Source of the DNA: Eledone cirrhosa
Lineage: Eukaryota
DNA length: 64,000 bases
Assembly: GCA_964016885.1 (NCBI GenBank)
Contig: OZ024744.1
Span: 41,168,001 to 41,232,000, forward strand
Direction: 5' to 3'
Each line of letters starts with the position of its first letter. The stretch's first letter is position 1. Below the pieces are notes generated by a model that saw only the letters and a program-made list of their open reading frames with translations, was not told the origin of the DNA and ran no database searches. A program made the translations under genes and the position numbers. Below, in pieces: positions 39,776 to 54,821 of this stretch.

Positions 39776-41625
39776 GTTTAACGTCCATTTTCCATGCTAG
39801 CATCGGTCTGCACAGGAATTGTCCCACTTGAGGCAAGATTGGTTGTCTTGCTCGGGACTGTCTGGTGGGTTTTCTACGGTTGGATGCCCTTCCTAACACC
39901 AACCACGTTTACAGCATAGACTGGGAGGTTTTTACCGCGTTACCTACACGGCCACATTAAAGCGTGGACTGTGTGTTCTTTTGTTGTGACACCTACACGA
40001 CCTCATTTATTTAGGAGGATGTTGTGGTACCAACATAGCTTTACATCGAAAGGGGTGGTGTAGATGGCGGTGGGGGTAGGGGTAGTGGGACGGGGGTGTA
40101 TTTTGGTTAAGAGGTGCCTACTGACTGTAGGTTTCACTTTGTACTTAGGCAAGGCGGGTCTTCTGTATTACTACGTAGCGCCAAAGATCTCGTTCCAGTG
40201 ACATTGTCTTGGAGAGGTGTAAGTGTGTGAGGTTGGAATTTTATCAAGTCATCCCAGGTTTTTCTGGGTCTGCCTACTCCATAGCTACCGTCTATTTTGA
40301 TCGACCTGCACTTTTTTATACAGCTGTCATCTTTCATGTGCATCACATGACCATACCAACATAGTCTTCTCTCGAATAAACAGCATGTGATCCCTCTTAT
40401 TCCTAATTTCTCACTTAGTTCATTTATGCTTTGCCGTTCGTGTATATTACTGTTACACATCCAAGGGAGCATGCAAGCTTCGTTCCTCTCCAGTCTGCGT
40501 AGATCCTCTGCACACAAGGCCCATGTCTCACTGCCATCTAACAACGCTGTTTGTATGCAGGCATCATACAGACTGCCTTTCATTTTTAGAGAGAAACCTT
40601 TAGCGGCCAATAGTGGTATAAGTTCTCTGAACTTTTTCCATCCCGTTCGGACTCTAGCTACTGTACTTTCGGAGCACCCTCCACCACTGCTGATTTTGTC
40701 ACCCAGGTAACGGAAAGTGTCCACTATTTCTATAGAACCATCAGGGCAATGGAATGAGCTAGTATTCTGTGGGTATTTGCTGCTACTTATTGCACCAGAG
40801 CACCGGCCACATATAAAATCTATATTCTTAGTTAGCTTACCTGTGATCCCACTACATCTTTTATGCACCCATACTTTGCATTTGGGACATAAAATGGAGT
40901 TTCTGCTTACTCCTTTCCTACACACTGAGCATGGCCATTTCCCAGATGGGACCAGTGCCCTATTCTCTTTCCTACATATTAGGACTTTAGTCTTAGACAA
41001 GTTAACTTTAAGGCCTTTTGATTCTAGCCCATGCTTCCATGTTTGGAATTTCTTCTCTAGCTCAGCCATTGATTTGGCTATGAGCATTATATCATCTGCG
41101 TATAGAAGTTCCCATGGGCAGCCGGTCTTGAACTCCTCCATTATAGCTTAGAGGGCGATAATAAATAGGAGGGGGCTAAGGACAGAGCCCTGATGAACAC
41201 CAAATTACGCTAAACTCCTCACTATATTCGTTGTTAATTCTAACCTTGCTGACTGTTTCTTTATACATGGCTTGTATAGCTCTCACAAGCCATTCATCTA
41301 CACCTAGTTTTCTAAGAGCCCACCAGATAATGGAGCGGGGGACTCTGTCAAAGGCTTTCTCCAGGTCTACAAAAGCTAAGTAGAGGGGTTTACTTTTAGC
41401 TAGGTACTTCTGTAGTTGTCGTACAATGAAAAGAGCACCTTTGGTATTTTCACCTGACACAAACCCGAACTGCATTTCATCTAGATCAATTCGCTCTCTG
41501 ATTAGTTGTGTTATTACTTTTTCTGTGACCTTCATGACCTGATCAATTAATTTACTAGGGCGTCTCCTTTACCCTTGTAGCAGTTAATGATGATGCTGCT
41601 ATGCCAGTCTTTTGGTACGACCCCA
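39745..41625 (-). mobile_element. RTE family A, 5'-truncated
   Basis: ORFs 41176-41535 and 40134-41141 (YADD, PHD, GRPRKTW); (GAT)n tail. Confidence 0.9.
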
Positions 41626-41773
41626 ATATATATATATATATATTTGAAAGTGAGGTTTTTTTACAAAATGAAAAAAAAACGATGTGTCCTACACGAGTGA
41701 AAGTATAAGTAAAAAAGATGAAATCGAAAATGCAACTGGAGTCTTTTTAAAAAAAAAAAAATTTATTTGCTTC

Positions 41774-41809
41774 CTTTACCGTTTTCGCAGTTCTTCTGCT
41801 TTTCAAAAG
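41774..41809 (-). ncRNA. Minimal hammerhead-like motif with U3-A8 core
   Basis: CTT-TTGAAAA-GCAG-AAGAA-CTGC-GAAA-ACGG-TA-AAG. Confidence 0.5.
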
Positions 41810-41891
41810 TAGAATTGACATGGAGGGTTTGGGGTTTTTCTCACATCTGAGAATATATATAAGTAGTAACACAACAGTTAGTTCACCATAC

Positions 41892-41930
41892 CAAGAACAA
41901 TTGTTTCACCTTATGCAGATCTTCAGCTTG
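41892..41930 (-). ncRNA. Minimal type I hammerhead within an inverted repeat (~41865-41995)
   Basis: CAAG-CTGAAGA-TCTGCATAAGGT-GAAA-CAATTG-TT-CTTG; truncated mirror copy at 41933-41967 (+). Confidence 0.7.
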
Positions 41931-42077
41931 TACTGAAGATCCACATAAGATGAAACAAATGTTCTTGGTATGGTGAACTAAATGTTGTGTTAGTATTTCT
42001 ACCAAACACGTCCCATGGACTGAGTGCTCTACTGCTACGGATATTACCTTACAGTGTTCTATCTTTATATTTATATA

Positions 42078-43140
42078 TAGCCCTCCAAGCCATAACAGAG
42101 GAGTTTAAGACTGGCTGCCCATGGGAACTTCTCTAAGCTGATGATCTGGTTCTTATAGCAGAATCAGTAGAGGAGCTAGAGAATAAATTCTGGCTATGGA
42201 AACAGCAGTTGGAATCAAGAGGTCTGAGAGTGAACATAGCTAAGACAAAAGTGTTGATAAGTAGAAGAGAGGACAATACTATGATTCAATCAGGGAAATG
42301 GCCATGTTCGATATGTAGGAAATGAACTGGCATAAATTCCATAAAATGTACGCAATGCAGATCTTGGGTACACAAGAGATGTAGTGGGATAGCAGGCAAA
42401 CTAACAGGTAGGGAAAACTACATATGCAGTAGATGTATAGGGAAAGTTGACAGTAGAAGTCGCAGTGATAGACACATTTTTCAAATACAGGTGGGTTCTA
42501 TAAAAGTGGTTGATGGCTTCCGGTACTTAGGTGATCAGATTAGCATGAGAGGGGGGTGTTCCAAGGCCATAGTATCTAGAATAAGGACGGGTTGGAAGAA
42601 GTTTAGGGAGCTGCTTCCTCTGTTGACAAAGAAGGGTTTCTCCCTGCGTACGAAAGGACGATTATATGATGCCTGTGTGAGGTGCGCAATGCTGCATGGT
42701 AGTGAGACATGGGCAACAACTGCAGAGGATATGCGACGGCTGGAGAGAAATGAAGCAAATATGCTCCATTGGATGTGTAATGTCAATGTGCGTGAACGAC
42801 CAAGCATAGACGAATTGAGTAAGAAACTGGGTATAAGAGGGATAAGTTGTGGTGTGCAGGAGAGAAGACTAAGATGGTATGGACATGTGATGCGCCTTTA
42901 GGATGACCCCTGGGTAAAGAAGTGCCAAGAAATGCCAGTAGAGGGAAGATGCAGTAGAGGAAGACCACGAAAAACATGGGCCGAGGTGGTGAGAGCAGAC
43001 CTCAGATCACTGAAACTCACTGAGGAGATGACGAAGGACAGTGACAAGTGGAGAGAAGCTGTGCTGAATAGGACCCGTCTCACCCTTGCAAGCAGGGAAA
43101 AGTGGACATAAAATGATGATGATGATGATGATGATGATGA
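42078..43140 (+). mobile_element. RTE family B, 5'-truncated, (GAT)n tail
   Basis: RT end + PHD + FRYLGD + GRPRKTW; homologous to 51088-51944. Confidence 0.88.
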
Positions 43141-43904
43141 TATATATTCATTGCAGTTAGTGGTTCACTACTGGATAGAATGTTTCATTTTGTGTAGTTA
43201 ACCATGATGCAATTGTATGAAAAGCACTCAACGTAGCGCTTTGTTGTAAGATTCTGTTGGTGGTGCGTGAACGGAGTTAAATATTAATGAATAAAGTGAC
43301 AAGAGGCCAGAAATTTGAGATTCCTTTAAAGTTTTTATCCTACAGGCACTATATATATTTCAATGGCCAGTAAGATTCCATAAGATACATCATCAGGTGT
43401 ATTGCATAACAGTTATAAAGGAATCATGGTAAACACAGGTTTGTACACGGAGACAAAAATAAAAATATTTGATTCGAGGGCAGCCTACATCCAATTCGTT
43501 AGACTAACTACCCTCGAATATTGTGTGTAAGTGTAGTTGAGTATGTGTGAAGCGAAAACAGATAATGATGTCATACTCATGTTCACATATTCCTCCACCA
43601 ACGCTCCTTTGTAACTATTCCTACTATCCTTGTACACTCTTTTTTTCACCACCATCCCCATCATAATCCCACCACATCAGCTGCAGTTCTTTAGTAATTA
43701 TACTCATACTCCACTCAATCTGAGATCCTCCCCAGCCCTTCATACATACATATGTGTGTACGTGTATAAGTTCTACCTTTCATTTGTGATGGATTTCCAT
43801 GTAATGTGTTTGACATTTTCTCTTCAACCTACTACACATCTTTAAAAACGACTATTTTGTATGTTTAAGTAATATAAATTTGTCAAATCATATCTATCTT
43901 TTCA

Positions 43905-46470
43905 GATAACTTATGTCATAACACAAACCACTAGTTGAAAACTGATATTCCTTTACATACATACAAACATAGTTCAATACTGGAAACAGCTTTACAGAAA
44001 ATGTTGAATAGTGACTGAAGAATTTCACCTTCTATCGGCATGATCTGTTATGGCTGTTTAGAGAAACCATCAAAGGCACACAAGAACTGCCCCAATGGTT
44101 ATCAACTGCCACTACTCTATTCAACCCTCAAAATAGCCAGACCACCCTTGCTAAAAATTACCAACCAATAACCTGCGAGAACATCATGTATAAATTATAC
44201 ACTAGGTGTCTTAATCTGTTTTGGTAGGATCATTGTGCCACCAACAACATTATAACACCTGAGAAACTGGTGGGAAGAAGGAGATGTGGGACTGCATAGA
44301 TCACCTACTGACAGATGAAATGATATAGGAAAAAACAGCAAAATATCACAGGAACATGACTGTGGTGTAGTTGGACTATCAGAAGGCTTTTGATAGTGTA
44401 CCTTAAGGGTAGACTATTAAGGCTTTACAATTAGCCAAAGTCACACAGCCACTAGTAGCTGCTGTTGAACACCTGGTCAAGAACTGATACATCAATTTGA
44501 TTCCTAGAGGTGAGAAGGAGCAAATTGAGACTGATACAATATACTAACAGAAAGGCATCTTTCAGGGTGATAGCTTATCAGTGCTGCTCTTTATCCTTCT
44601 AACAACATTTATGAACCTCGAAGCATAGGAGCCCATCTATTGAGCAAGTCTGTCTGCATGAAACAGATAAGATCATGAGAGTTGGGAAGGAACTCCTCGA
44701 GAGGTATTCCCTGTGTGATAATCAAAAACTCACACCCAAGGAAGTTGCTCAGCAGTTTTGCAGTGAATCCATGGATGAAAAACTGTATGCTTATCAACAA
44801 AAAGTCATGCATGGATATGTTGTCAGGAAGCTGCAGAGTGAGATAATATAGATAAACAAAGTAGTCTATCTTGGACCAACAACCGCTATATTGGCTCCCA
44901 CTTTGAAGGATATGCTTTTGCAATCCAAGAACATGAAATCAACATGAAATACCTGATTCACAAAAGAGTTAGGAATGCAGGAAAAGCACCTAGATGTGAC
45001 AACAAGTGCAGACTCTGCAGAATTAACATCGAAGATGTCACCCATGATATAAGCAGCTGTCCATAGATGTCACCACGGTACTATCTACCTATGAGGCATG
45101 ATGTAGTGGCCAAAACACTGAACAATGCAATCCATAGAAAAGATAGCTCCAACAATAAACATATTAAAAGCTACAGCAATGTGGAAGACATCCATGTATA
45201 TAATATGTAAGAGTACTGGTGGAATGTTCCAGTAAAAAACACAATAAAATGCAGGCATAACAGACCAGATATAATGATAGAGGGCAGGGAAAAGAAGGCA
45301 TGCATAGTAGTGGAAGTTAGCTTCCCAGCAGATGCCAATATAATATCAAAGATTAGTGAAAAGGAGAATATTTATGCAGAACTGATGATAAATCTGCAGA
45401 TACTCCACCCTGATTACACCTTCAGATTTATGCCTGTGATTATTGGGGCACTGGGGTATGTTATTAACTGCCTCAATACAAATCTTGAGAAGCTAGGCTT
45501 CACAGGGACAGGAAGAACACAATTAGTTAGGAAATTACAAGTACAATCCATTAATGGAACAGTAAAAATATGTAAAACATTCCAGACATTTTGCATCTAA
45601 TAACTGCATATACACATGTACAGATACAAAGCATTTACACATGCACACATACAACTCAAAACATCCACATCCACACATACAATAACATCCATATCTACAC
45701 ATGCATGCATACATATCTACCTAGTTGATGTTGTGTAAATTCCAATGAGAGAGTCTTGTGTCTATGTTAGAAACCGACTATCTCTCTATTGGTAAAACTT
45801 TGTGAAATTATAAAACCAGAAGAACATACATAATAGTAATATAGATAAGGAAAGTAGTCTATCTTGGACCAACAACCGCTATATTGGCTTCCACTTTGAA
45901 GGATACGCTTTTGCACTCCAAGAACAGGAAATCAACACAAAATACCTGATTCACAAAAGAGATAGGGATGCAGGCAAAACACTTAGATGTGATAACAAGT
46001 GCAGACTCTGCAGAATTAACGTCGAGGATATCACCCATGTCATCAACAGCTGTCCAAAGATGTCATTGTGGTAATATCTACTAATGAGGCATGATGTAGT
46101 GGCCAAAACACTGTACAATGCAATCCGTAAAAAAGATAGCCCCGATAATAAACACATTAAAAGCTACAGCAATGTGGAAGACATCCATGTACATAATATG
46201 AAAGAGTACTGGTGGAATGTTCCAGTAAAAACCCCAATAAAATGCAGGCATAACAGACCAGATATTATGATATGGGACAGGGAGAAAAAATATACACATG
46301 TACAGATACAAAGCATATACACATGCACACATACAACTCAAAACATCCACATCCACACATACAATAACATCCATATCTACACATGCATACATATCTACCT
46401 AGTTGATGTTGTTTATACCAAATATTTGGTAGAGCATGGAGTTATCTTCTGGTTTTATAATTTCACAAAC
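43905..46470 (+). mobile_element. Second, degenerate R4-like RLE element with partial tandem duplication (45845-46470)
   Basis: LDYQKAFDSV, GIFQGDSLS, CRLC..EDVTH..SC..RHDVVAK, HNRPDI..VVEVSFP..EKENIY, PVIIGALG. Confidence 0.8.
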
Positions 46471-47059
46471 ACTTGGTAGAGCATGGAGTCATATGCAGGC
46501 AAGATGCAGGCCAAAAGCCCACAGGTAAGGTTAATAGCCTCACTTGACTACTAACTTGACCAGTGAAAACTTGTGCAATGCTTGCTAGCAGAGAAGACAG
46601 ACATTAAATGATGATGATGATGATGATAATAGTTGATTGAATAAAATCATTCCCTCTGTTGCTATTCAATATATGTTGTTTCTCATTATATGATAATTTA
46701 ACCAACTAAAAGTTTCATGGAAGCACTTGGTTAGGGTATGCAGAAGCATAGAACACTATTCTTTTTTTCTTTTGTTTCAATTTATCTTATTTATTATTTT
46801 TATTTTTACAGCCAATATCTGATTCTGGTCAGATGATATTGGCTGGAATGTGCAGCGGGTAGACTATTCTATAGAAATGATTAGTTTACTTGTCACTCAT
46901 ATTGATCGGGACAATATTATTATGTGAGATATATCAGTGGTCAAGTATACAATGTAATGCTATACATAACTGTGTTGCTGAGTTACGTATGGCCAATGGC
47001 ATATGAGAGCGATGGCCTGTTGATTTTGCAGTTCGGAGTTTCTTTAAGAGAAATTTGTT

Positions 47060-47410
47060 GATAAACCTACACACAAACATAATATCAGTTCTTTGCTTAA
47101 CATATTTAGACATTGCATCAATATTTCAGACTTTTCGGCTAGATATAAATTGCATCTCATTGATCTATTGGAATATGGTGTTGCAGTTTCAAGAATGCTT
47201 CAGTTTATATGAATCTTGTCAATCACATTATATTTCAGTTTCCAGGTGTATTGAGATAGAAAGTGGAGTTAATTAAATTTCTGGATTTAATAGAGTGGTT
47301 GAGTTGTATAAGTTTAATTTTCCATAGGTTGCTTGGAGAGCTCATGGTATTTTACGAAAAACGTGTGTGAATGAGACCAAAGGTACATACTTGGAGCATG
47401 GGTGCTCAGG
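47060..47410 (-). mobile_element. PLE (Neptune-type) GIY-YIG C-terminal relic
   Basis: Minus frame: QYTWKLKYNVIDKIHIN*SILETATPYSNRSMRCNLYLAEKSEIL. Confidence 0.65.
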
Positions 47411-47511
47411 TCATAGCATTGCTAAAACATATGTGAAATGAATAAAATATGGAAATGAATAAAATATATTGATATATGATAATGAAATAATACAATCATA
47501 TACCATGCATG

Positions 47512-47589
<78 letters not shown>

Positions 47590-47930
47590 CTTCGTTTTTG
47601 AATTTGTTCTTTTGTTTTACAAGATTTCTTATCTGAAAACATGTGTTGAAACAGATATTGTAATACTTGGGGGGGAGGGGGGTCATCTTGCCAATGAAAA
47701 CACAAAAACAAGATGGTGTAGGATAGAAAAAAGGAGAGATACAAAATAAAAACATAGTCACTGAGGAGGTCACAGAATGTGAGACAAAAGAGCTTTGACA
47801 ATATATAAGCAACCATGCGGTTATTGAACCAGCCAACAAACCAACTGGAAATTTATAATAAATTGAAGTAAAAACCAACAGATGCATGTGTTTTTATTGG
47901 CAGTATGACCCTCCCAAAGTATAACAATAT
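47590..47930 (+). mobile_element. PLE pLTR related to 9748-10800, with degenerate HHR at 47757-47799
   Basis: Shares TGACCCTCCCAAAGTATAACAATAT; GTCA-CTGAGGA-GGTCAC..-AAAA-GAGC-TT-TGAC; short inversion; flanked by (TA)n. Confidence 0.7.
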
Positions 47931-48659
47931 ATATATATATATAACGAAGGAAGTGTGGTAAGGAACCAGATGGACCATAACGAACCAGAGTACTCAATAC
48001 TTAGGGTAGTAGAGTGGGTAATAGGGAAATGTTTAACCCCGACGGAAGAGCGCAAGCCGTTTCGATGGTTATTTCTGGACTAAATTAGAATTTTTAGCAT
48101 GGTAATAAATAGCCGAACTTTTCAAGGAGTAATTCCTTATATGGGAAGATTGTAGTTGTCAAAAGGATTGGTCAAAATTTCTTGTAAACACAATTAAATC
48201 TTTCATGGCGGTGGGTGGGAGGTGGAGGTGGCTGAACTTGCCTGTAGAAGAATGAGGGAGGTGGGTGAAGCATTGAAAGTGAATTCTATACAGCAAATTC
48301 TAAGGAGTGTGTATGAAATTAGGCTAGTAAGGAAGCAGGCGAAAAAGGATTCTGGAGGAATTAGAGAGTGGGATGTTATAGAATTAAATGGTTAATGAAT
48401 TGAGATTAAAAGATGATAAATAAATAAAAAAATAAAAATAAAATAAAATTAAATATTAAAAATAATAAAAAAATCTCTAGAGTCTAAAGCAGCTGCTATA
48501 TGTTTAGCTGGTGTTGCGTTTTCAGCCAATGCTATATATAAGTGACTGGGGTGGGGGTACTGTGGCTACAAAAGCCAGATGGGCTACCTCGGGGTAGGCG
48601 AAAGAGGAAAAAGGAAAAAAGAAGAGGAGAGGGAGTGGAAAGAAGTGATAAGAAGAGAT

Positions 48660-49625
48660 AAAGGAATCTCAGGAAGCTTAGCTAAGAATGTAGGCTTCAG
48701 ATGTAGGAGTTGCGCTGGGACTGCAAGCAGCAAACGGCCACAAACTCTGGGAGGGCTCTGTAGAAACAGTAGACAGCTTCTGCTATCTATGTGACTGAAT
48801 TAGCAATGGAGGTGGGTGTTCGCAAAGTACTGTAACCAGGGTAAGAACGGGATGGAAGAAGTTCTAGGAGCTACTGCTACTGTTAACTGCAAAAGGCTTT
48901 TCCCTCAAAATGAAAGGCAGACTATATGATGCGTGTATCTGAACAGCAATGTTACATGGTAGTGAGACCTGGGCGCTGTCTGTAGAAGACATACGTAGAT
49001 TAGAAAGAAATGAAGCTTGCATGCTCTGATGGATGTGTAATAGTAATATACGCGAACGGCAAAGCATAAACGAATTGAGAGACAGGCTGAGCATAAGAGG
49101 AATTAAATGCTGTGTGCAGGAGAGGCGGTTGCGTTGGTATGCACATGTGATGCATATGAAGGATGACAGCTGCATAAAAAGGTGCAGAGCACTAGAAGTC
49201 GATGGAAGCCTTGGGGTGGGGAGACCGAAGAAGACCTGGTATGAGGTGATAAAAGCTGACCTTACCCAATTGCACCTCTCAAAGGCGATGACACAGGACT
49301 GTGATCTCTGGCGTCATGTAATAATACAGAAGACCCGACTTTCCACGGGTACAAGCCAAAGCAGAAGCATATAAACAATATGCCCCCACCCCCTCCCACA
49401 ATAAAGTGGAAATGTAGGCGCCACAGAAAGAAAGCACCCAGCACTCACTGCAAATGAGGTTGGTGTTAGGAAGGGCATCCAGCTGTAGAAATCAAGCCAC
49501 AATCAGTTCCCATATGAGCAAGACAAGTTCAGCCGATTGGACACTGCCCACAACAGGACAATCCGTCTAACCCATGCTAGCGTGGAAGAATGGACGTAAA
49601 ATGGTGATGATGATGATGATGATGA
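48660..49625 (+). mobile_element. RTE family A-like 3' fragment, (GAT)n tail
   Basis: MLHGSETW, ERRLRWYAHV, GRPKKTW, 3' UTR containing GAAGGGCATCCAGC. Confidence 0.85.
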
Positions 49626-49699
49626 TATATATACATACTACCTTGGTATCTCACAGATGGCTTATTGGACTTGTTGCTCAGCTACATCGATAGAGACAG

Positions 49700-50790
49700 A
49701 AAATCTCATCATTATCATCATTTTACCACTACTTTCCCATGCTTGTATGGCCCTTTTCAGCATAACATCTCTCTACAGATTGCATCCTTTGTCCTCGCTA
49801 CCATGAGCTTCGGTGATTTGAGATTAACTTTCATGTTTTCCTCCCAGGTCTTCCTTGGTCTACCTTGGCTGAGGTTTCCATCTACTTGGATTACTTGGCA
49901 CTTCTTCACCTAGCAATCATCATCGATACACATCATATGTCCTTACATGCGCAGTCTTCTTCTCTGGACGCAAAATCTAATTTCTCTTATACACAGTTTC
50001 TCTCAGTTCATCCATGCTTTGTCATTCATGCTCTCTTTATTTATATTCAGCTGTCGCATATTCTATGCAGTAACTGCCCATGTTTCACTACCATGCAGCA
50101 TTTTACTTTGCAGTCATTTTTTTTTAGGGAGAAACCTTTTGTTGTCAACAGAGGGAATAGCTTTCTAAACTTCTTCCATCCCATTCCTGTTCTAGCTACA
50201 ATGCACATAGAATACTCACCTGCACTGCTAATTTAGTCACTTAGATAGCAGAAGCTATCAACTAATTTTATGGATCCTACCTGGGATTGATAAAGATGTA
50301 TATCATGGACACTCTTACTATGGATTTTCCTTGAGTATGAATTACAGTCTTCCGTACCAGTTAACCTGCCTGCTATCTCTCTACACACCTTGTATACTCA
50401 AGCTTTGCAATGTGTACATAGTATAGAGTTTTTACTTACTCATTTTCCTCATATCGAGCAAGGTCATTTCTCTTATGGGATCAGGGGTTTGTCTTCTTTA
50501 GTACTTACTAACACATTGGTTTTTGTTAAGTTTATACTCAGCCCTTTTGATTCTAGATTCTGTTAACACAGTGGGAATTTGTTCTGTCGTTCTTCTGTAA
50601 TTGCCCTACATGAATCAGATTATCAGATGACAGCTGTTCCAATGGACAACCTGTCTTAAACTCCTCTGTTAAAGCTTGTACTGCTCAAGCCATTCTTCTA
50701 TATTTAGTTTCCTTATGGACCTCCAGATGACAGATTGGGGTGTTCTGTCAAAAGCCTTCTCTAGATCAACTATAGCTAGATATTGAGGTT
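49700..50790 (-). mobile_element. Older RTE fragment
   Basis: VDLEKAFDR, PHD relic, GRPRKTW. Confidence 0.75.
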
Positions 50791-51087
50791 TACTCTGTGT
50801 GTGTGTGTATATATATATATACAGAGAGAGAGAAAGAGAGAGAGAGAGAGTGAATGGGAGAAATATATATAGAGACACAGTGAGAGATGGTCAGATGATA
50901 TGGGAAGATAAAAAGGCAGAAAAATAAATACATATGGATTGTTCTTACTTCCTGTGAGTGAAAGTGAAAACATTTATTCTATTTTAGCATCATAATTGTA
51001 AAATTATTATCTTAAAATATGAAATTTGATGGAAGTTGTGAGGAAACAAAATAAAGGGTGGGCTGTAAACTGCATATATATATATAT

Positions 51088-51944
51088 CATCATCATCATC
51101 ATCATCATCATCATTTTACGTCCGCTTTTCCCTGCTTGCAAGGGTGGGACGGGTCTTATTCAGCACAGCATCTCTCCACTCGTCACAGTCCCTCGTCATC
51201 TCCACCGTGAGCTTCAATGATCTGAGGTCTGTTCTCACCACCTCCGCCCATGTTTTTCGTGGTCTACCTCTACTACGTCTTCCTTCAACTGGCATTTCCT
51301 GGCACTTCTTCACCCATCGGTCATCCTCCATGCGCATCACATGTCCATACCACCTCAGTCTCCTCTCCCGTACACTACATTCTATCCCTCTCAGACACAG
51401 TTTCTCTCTCAACACATTTATGCTGGGTCGTTCACGCACATTTACACTGCACATCCAACGGAGCATGCTTGCCTCATTTCTCTCCAGCCGTCGCATATCT
51501 TCTGCGGTAGCTGCCCATGTCTCACTACCATGCAGCATCGCGCTCCTCACACAGGCATCATACAACCGGCCTTTCGTACGCAGGGAGAAACCCTTCTTCG
51601 TCAACAGAGGAAGCAGCTCCCTAAACTTCTTCCAACCCGTCCTTATTCTAGATACTATGGCCTCGGAACACCCTCCTCCCATGCTAATCTGATCTCCTAG
51701 GTACCGGAAGCTATCCACCACTTCTATAGCGCCCTCTCGCATTTGAAAAATGTGTCTATCAGTGCGACTTCTACTGTCTAATTTCCCTGTACATCTACTG
51801 CATACATATTTCTCCCTACCTGTTAGTTTGCCTGCTATCCCGCTACATCTCTTGTGTACCCAGGACCTACATTGTGTGCATTTTATAGAATTTATGCCAG
51901 TTCCTTTTCTGCATATCGAACATGGCCATTTCCCTGACGGAATC
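51088..51944 (-). mobile_element. RTE family B 3' part, uninterrupted 276-codon frame ending at the tail
   Basis: ORF 51116-51946 (PHD, FRYLGD, GRPRKTW..EKRT*) directly followed by (ATG)n. Confidence 0.9.
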
Positions 51945-52100
51945 ATATATATATATGTAAAGTTATATTTAAAATTGTTGGGTTACAACTAGTGAATATT
52001 TATAACTGATATAAAAGCACTCGACAAATACTTGGAGTATATTTACAATATTAAATAAATGGAAAACTATATTATAAATATAGTTTTCCATTTATTTAAT

Positions 52101-52136
<36 letters not shown>

Positions 52137-52143
52137 CTCTATA

Positions 52144-52190
<47 letters not shown>

Positions 52191-52194
<4 letters not shown>

Positions 52195-53128
52195 ATAATA
52201 ATAAAATTGAAGACTAAAATCCAAAGAGGGCTCGATAAGGAAAATATATATCAAATATATAAGAACCGTAGAGCAAATATTTATTAAAATAACAGATTAA
52301 AGTTTAAGCAAAGAATCGCTGCTTTCACCCTTAACGGTTTCAGAAGTTCCCGCTAAGGGTGAAAGCAGCGATTCTTTGCTTAAACTTTAATCTGTTATTT
52401 TGATAAATATATATATATATATATTAAAGATTAAGCAAATAATCGCTGCTTTCACCCTTAACGGGATCTTCTGAAACTAACAAAGTCAATCTGCAAACGC
52501 AGAAGTGGATATTTTAAAAACCGTTGCAACCGGAGGAAGACAGGAAGACCATACTTTGGTTTTGGAGCGTGGAGAACAATTGCACGCAAAGCGGAGATTC
52601 ATTCGGTCTCCTAGTTAGAATTTTAGTCTACGACTTCTGCTATACCATTTACGTGGTTTTGTCTTTGCGTGCTATTGATCTCCACGCTCCACATATGACG
52701 TATTATCTTCGTGTTTTTCGTTCATTGCCAGAGAACGTCTCTATGAACCACCTAAGAGAACATTAGTCTACGACCTCTTTTATACCATAAACGTGGTTCT
52801 GTCTTTGCGCGTAATTGTTTTTCACTGCTCCTATTAATGACGTATTATATTCGTTTTTTCCCGTCCAGGGAACGTTTCCACGAACCAAAGTATCGTCTTC
52901 TTGTCTTCCTCCGGTTGCAACGTTTTTTGAAATATCCACTTCTGCGTTTACAGATTGATTTGTTAGTTTCAGGAGATCCCGTTAAGGGTGAAAGCAGCGA
53001 TTCTTTGCTTAAACTTTAATCTGTTATTTTAATAAATTATTTACTCTACGGTTCTTATATATTTGATATATATTTATCCTTATCGATTTCTCTTTGGATT
53101 TTAGTCTGCAAATTTATTATTATTACTA
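52191..53128. mobile_element. Cluster of inverted PLE pLTR fragments with three variant HHR motifs
   Basis: Homologous to 9180-9730; motifs at 52336-52394 (+), 52424-52493 (-) and 52951-53023 (+). Confidence 0.8.
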
Positions 53129-53212
<84 letters not shown>

Positions 53213-53298
53213 TATTTTTTTTATTTTATAGAAGGAGCTTCTACAGGACTAGTACTGTTTCATTACTGTGGTTATCCCCGACTCAACCCGGGACCTAC

Positions 53299-54517
<1,219 letters not shown>

Positions 54518-54717
54518 NNNNNNNNNNNNNNNNNNNNNNNNNNNNNNNNNNNNNNNNNNNNNNNNNNNNNNNNNNNNNNNNNNNNNNNNNNNNNNNNNNN
54601 NNNNNNNNNNNNNNNNNNNNNNNNNNNNNNNNNNNNNNNNNNNNNNNNNNNNNNNNNNNNNNNNNNNNNNNNNNNNNNNNNNNNNNNNNNNNNNNNNNNN
54701 NNNNNNNNNNNNNNNNN
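54518..54717. other. Assembly gap (200 N)
   Basis: Run of N. Confidence 1.
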
Positions 54718-54727
54718 AAATATAAAA

Positions 54728-54778
<51 letters not shown>

Positions 54779-54821
54779 AATATAATATAAGATCAAAAGA
54801 TGGTTAAAGGAGTTCCATGTA

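Noticed and set aside
46807-46856. Hairpin CAGCCAATATC/GATATTGGCTG followed by GAA-TGTGCA
   Set aside because: Resembles an HHR stem II/III relic but CUGANGA is absent
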